A stretch of 64,000 bases of DNA from NCBI GenBank assembly GCA_009698575.1, contig WLPX01000001.1, forward strand, positions 392,747 to 456,746, read 5' to 3'. The notes beneath the pieces are model-generated. The model made no database searches. It was given only the letters and a program-made list of their open reading frames with translations, and was not told where the DNA came from. A program made the translations under genes and the position numbers. The DNA comes from Actinomycetota bacterium (GTDB lineage: Bacteria; Actinomycetota; Actinomycetes; S36-B12; UBA5976). Positions 62,508-64,000 of this stretch are shown here, piece by piece (within the stretch, counting starts at the first letter, position 1; every line of letters begins with the position of its first letter).

Positions 62508-64000
62508 CAGGCAGCCTTTCCAGCACCGGTCATCGCCGTACCAAGTTCCTGTGGCGTCACAGTTGCTGGGTCGGCATCTGCAACAAATTTGCCACGAAGC
62601 AAAACCTTGAGAGTGTCACTTAGGCCAATTAGTTCATCTAGATCAGCCGAGACAAGTAGTACTGCCAATCCAGCTTGTCGGGCATTACGAATGTGATCCC
62701 AAATTGCAGCCTGGGCACCAACATCTACGCCTCTGGTTGGATGAGCTGCAATCAGAAGTTTCGGGTCACCTGACATTTCTCGTCCAACAATTAACTTCTG
62801 TTGGTTACCGCCAGAAAGTGCGCTGGCTAAGACATCAATACTTGGGGTCCGTACGTCGTACTCTTTTACGATTCGCTTGGTGTCTGCCTTTGCCCCACGC
62901 GGATTAAGTAAAAAGCCCTTTGAGTTTGGCTCGCGGGTCTGGTGTCCCAGCATGCGGTTTTCCCAGAGCGGTGCTTCCATCAATAAGGCTTGGCGCTGGC
63001 GATCTTCGGGAATGAAACCAATGCCGAGCTCGCGACGATGGCGAGTGGATTTCTTACTAATGTCTTCGGTTTTAAAGTGCACAGTTCCAGTTGCAGCTTC
63101 AATTCCCATCAGGGCATCCAGAATTTCAGCTTGCCCATTTCCTTCGACGCCAGCAATTCCTAGAATTTCACCAGCGCGAATTTGAAATGAGATGTCGTCA
63201 ACAATGGCTTTACCACCCTTGGCAAAGACTGAAAGATTTTCAACTTTTAGTACAACTTCGTCGCGGATTGTGTCGCCAACCGACTGCGGAGTTGGCAGCT
63301 CATTTCCAACCATCATCTCGGCTAAGTCACGAGCTGAAACTTGTTGTGTGTGTGGGTTAACGCTTCCGACTGTTGTGCCCTGCCGGATTACCGTTATCTC
63401 ATCAGCAATTGATAAAACTTCATCAAGTTTGTGGCTGATGAAAATTACGGTAAGACCTTCTTTTTTCAGGTCGCGCAAAGTGTTGAACAACTCGTCGACT
63501 TCATGGGGCACCAATACCGCTGTTGGTTCATCGAGAATCAAAATTTTGGCACCGCGATAAAGTACTTTCAAAATTTCAATACGTTGACGGTCACCCACAC
63601 CAAGTTCGCTAACCAGGATATCTGGATCAACTGCCAAACCATTCTCGGCTGCTATGTCTGAAATCTGTTGACGCGCTTTTGCAAAATCTAGTTTGCCGCC
63701 TGATTTTGGTTCACTGCCAAGAACGATATTTTCTAAAACTGTGAAGTTGTCTGCCAACATAAAGTGTTGGTGCACCATTCCAATGCCAGCATCAATTGCA
63801 TCTGATGGCGAACTAAAAATAAGTTCGCTTCCATTGATAGAGATTGTTCCTTCGTCAGCTTTTTGCATGCCATAAAGAATCTTCATCAATGTGGACTTGC
63901 CTGCACCGTTCTCGCCTACGATGGCATGAACTGTTCCGGCCGTGACTTTTAGATTAATGTCGCTGTTAGCAATTACTCCAGGAAATCGTTTCCAAATGCC
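62507..64000 (-). CDS. ABC transporter ATP-binding protein with duplicated ATPase domains (5' end outside the window)
   Basis: The frame stays open to the window edge. Upstream of the track ORF the minus-strand translation reads ..TVHAIVGENGAGKSTLMKILYGMQ (Walker A). Also LSGGNQQK, ILILDEPT and a second NBD with GVEGNGQ. This matches the carbohydrate/nucleoside-uptake ATPase type. Confidence 0.9.
   Translation of the reverse strand, partial: GIWKRFPGVIANSDINLKVTAGTVHAIVGENGAGKSTLMKILYGMQKADEGTISINGSELIFSSPSDAIDAGIGMVHQHFMLADNFTVLENIVLGSEPKSGGKLDFAKARQQISDIAAENGLAVDPDILVSELGVGDRQRIEILKVLYRGAKILILDEPTAVLVPHEVDELFNTLRDLKKEGLTVIFISHKLDEVLSIADEITVIRQGTTVGSVNPHTQQVSARDLAEMMVGNELPTPQSVGDTIRDEVVLKVENLSVFAKGGKAIVDDISFQIRAGEILGIAGVEGNGQAEILDALMGIEAATGTVHFKTEDISKKSTRHRRELGIGFIPEDRQRQALLMEAPLWENRMLGHQTREPNSKGFLLNPRGAKADTKRIVKEYDVRTPSIDVLASALSGGNQQKLIVGREMSGDPKLLIAAHPTRGVDVGAQAAIWDHIRNARQAGLAVLLVSADLDELIGLSDTLKVLLRGKFVADADPATVTPQELGTAMTGAGKAA

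Noticed and set aside
1-64000. Search by eye for CRISPR arrays, IS elements/transposases, integrases, prophage genes, toxin-antitoxin pairs, rRNA, tmRNA and RNase P RNA
   Set aside because: I saw no regularly spaced direct repeats, no terminal inverted repeats flanking an ORF, and no DDE/tyrosine-recombinase-like translation in the ORF track. Every ORF over 100 aa is accounted for by a housekeeping family. Absence is from manual reading only and should be confirmed with dedicated tools.

Overview
This window is the chromosomal replication-origin neighbourhood of a compact, mid-GC actinobacterium. Gene order and protein families match the conserved Actinomycetota dnaA core. Any finer lineage guess, such as a streamlined aquatic actinobacterium, is inference only, and GC was judged by eye, not computed.

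Centre: dnaA (-) and rpmH (+) are divergent. oriC lies in the dnaA-dnaN spacer, with five perfect TTATCCACA boxes and a DnaA-trio-like TAG repeat.

Left arm, every gene on the minus strand: dnaA-dnaN-recF-dciA(DUF721)-gyrB-gyrA-DUF3566, then tRNA-Ile / 37-aa ORF / tRNA-Ala, an MFS transporter, dnaB, and two PLP aminotransferases flanking a HAMP-SpoIIE phosphatase.

Right arm, in order:
- rpmH-rnpA-yidD-yidC-jag-rsmG-parA-parB with three parS sites
- cwlM-trxA-trxB, a stand-alone pseudokinase plus murJ, a DUF6049-like protein, cca
- MFS, ino1-padR, DUF5318-ponA, an alr-like + femX-like + nfo operon
- rpsF-ssb-rpsR-rplI, ppiA, rhomboid, crgA, DUF881, pabA/trpG
- pknB-pbpA-rodA-pstP-fhaB-fhaA, an anchored EEP hydrolase, gpx
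- a nucleoside uptake/catabolism cluster: PMM-type mutase, deoC, add, cupin, deoA, cdd, BMP-type ABC importer

I recognised no rRNA, CRISPR, transposase, integrase or phage gene. I do not see a defence island or an obviously novel multi-gene system; this is mostly conserved core genome.

The most interesting signals are small or non-coding:
- oriC fine structure
- a second DnaA-box cluster in front of dnaB
- a protein gene embedded between two tRNAs
- parS sites
- a PadR operator palindrome
- an SD-sequestering rpsF leader
- a structured spacer upstream of the fhaA operon
- an alr-like/FemX-like gene pair
- a split MurJ/pseudokinase

All homology calls come from motifs read in the translations and from remembered synteny with Mycobacterium tuberculosis H37Rv. 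No database search was run.
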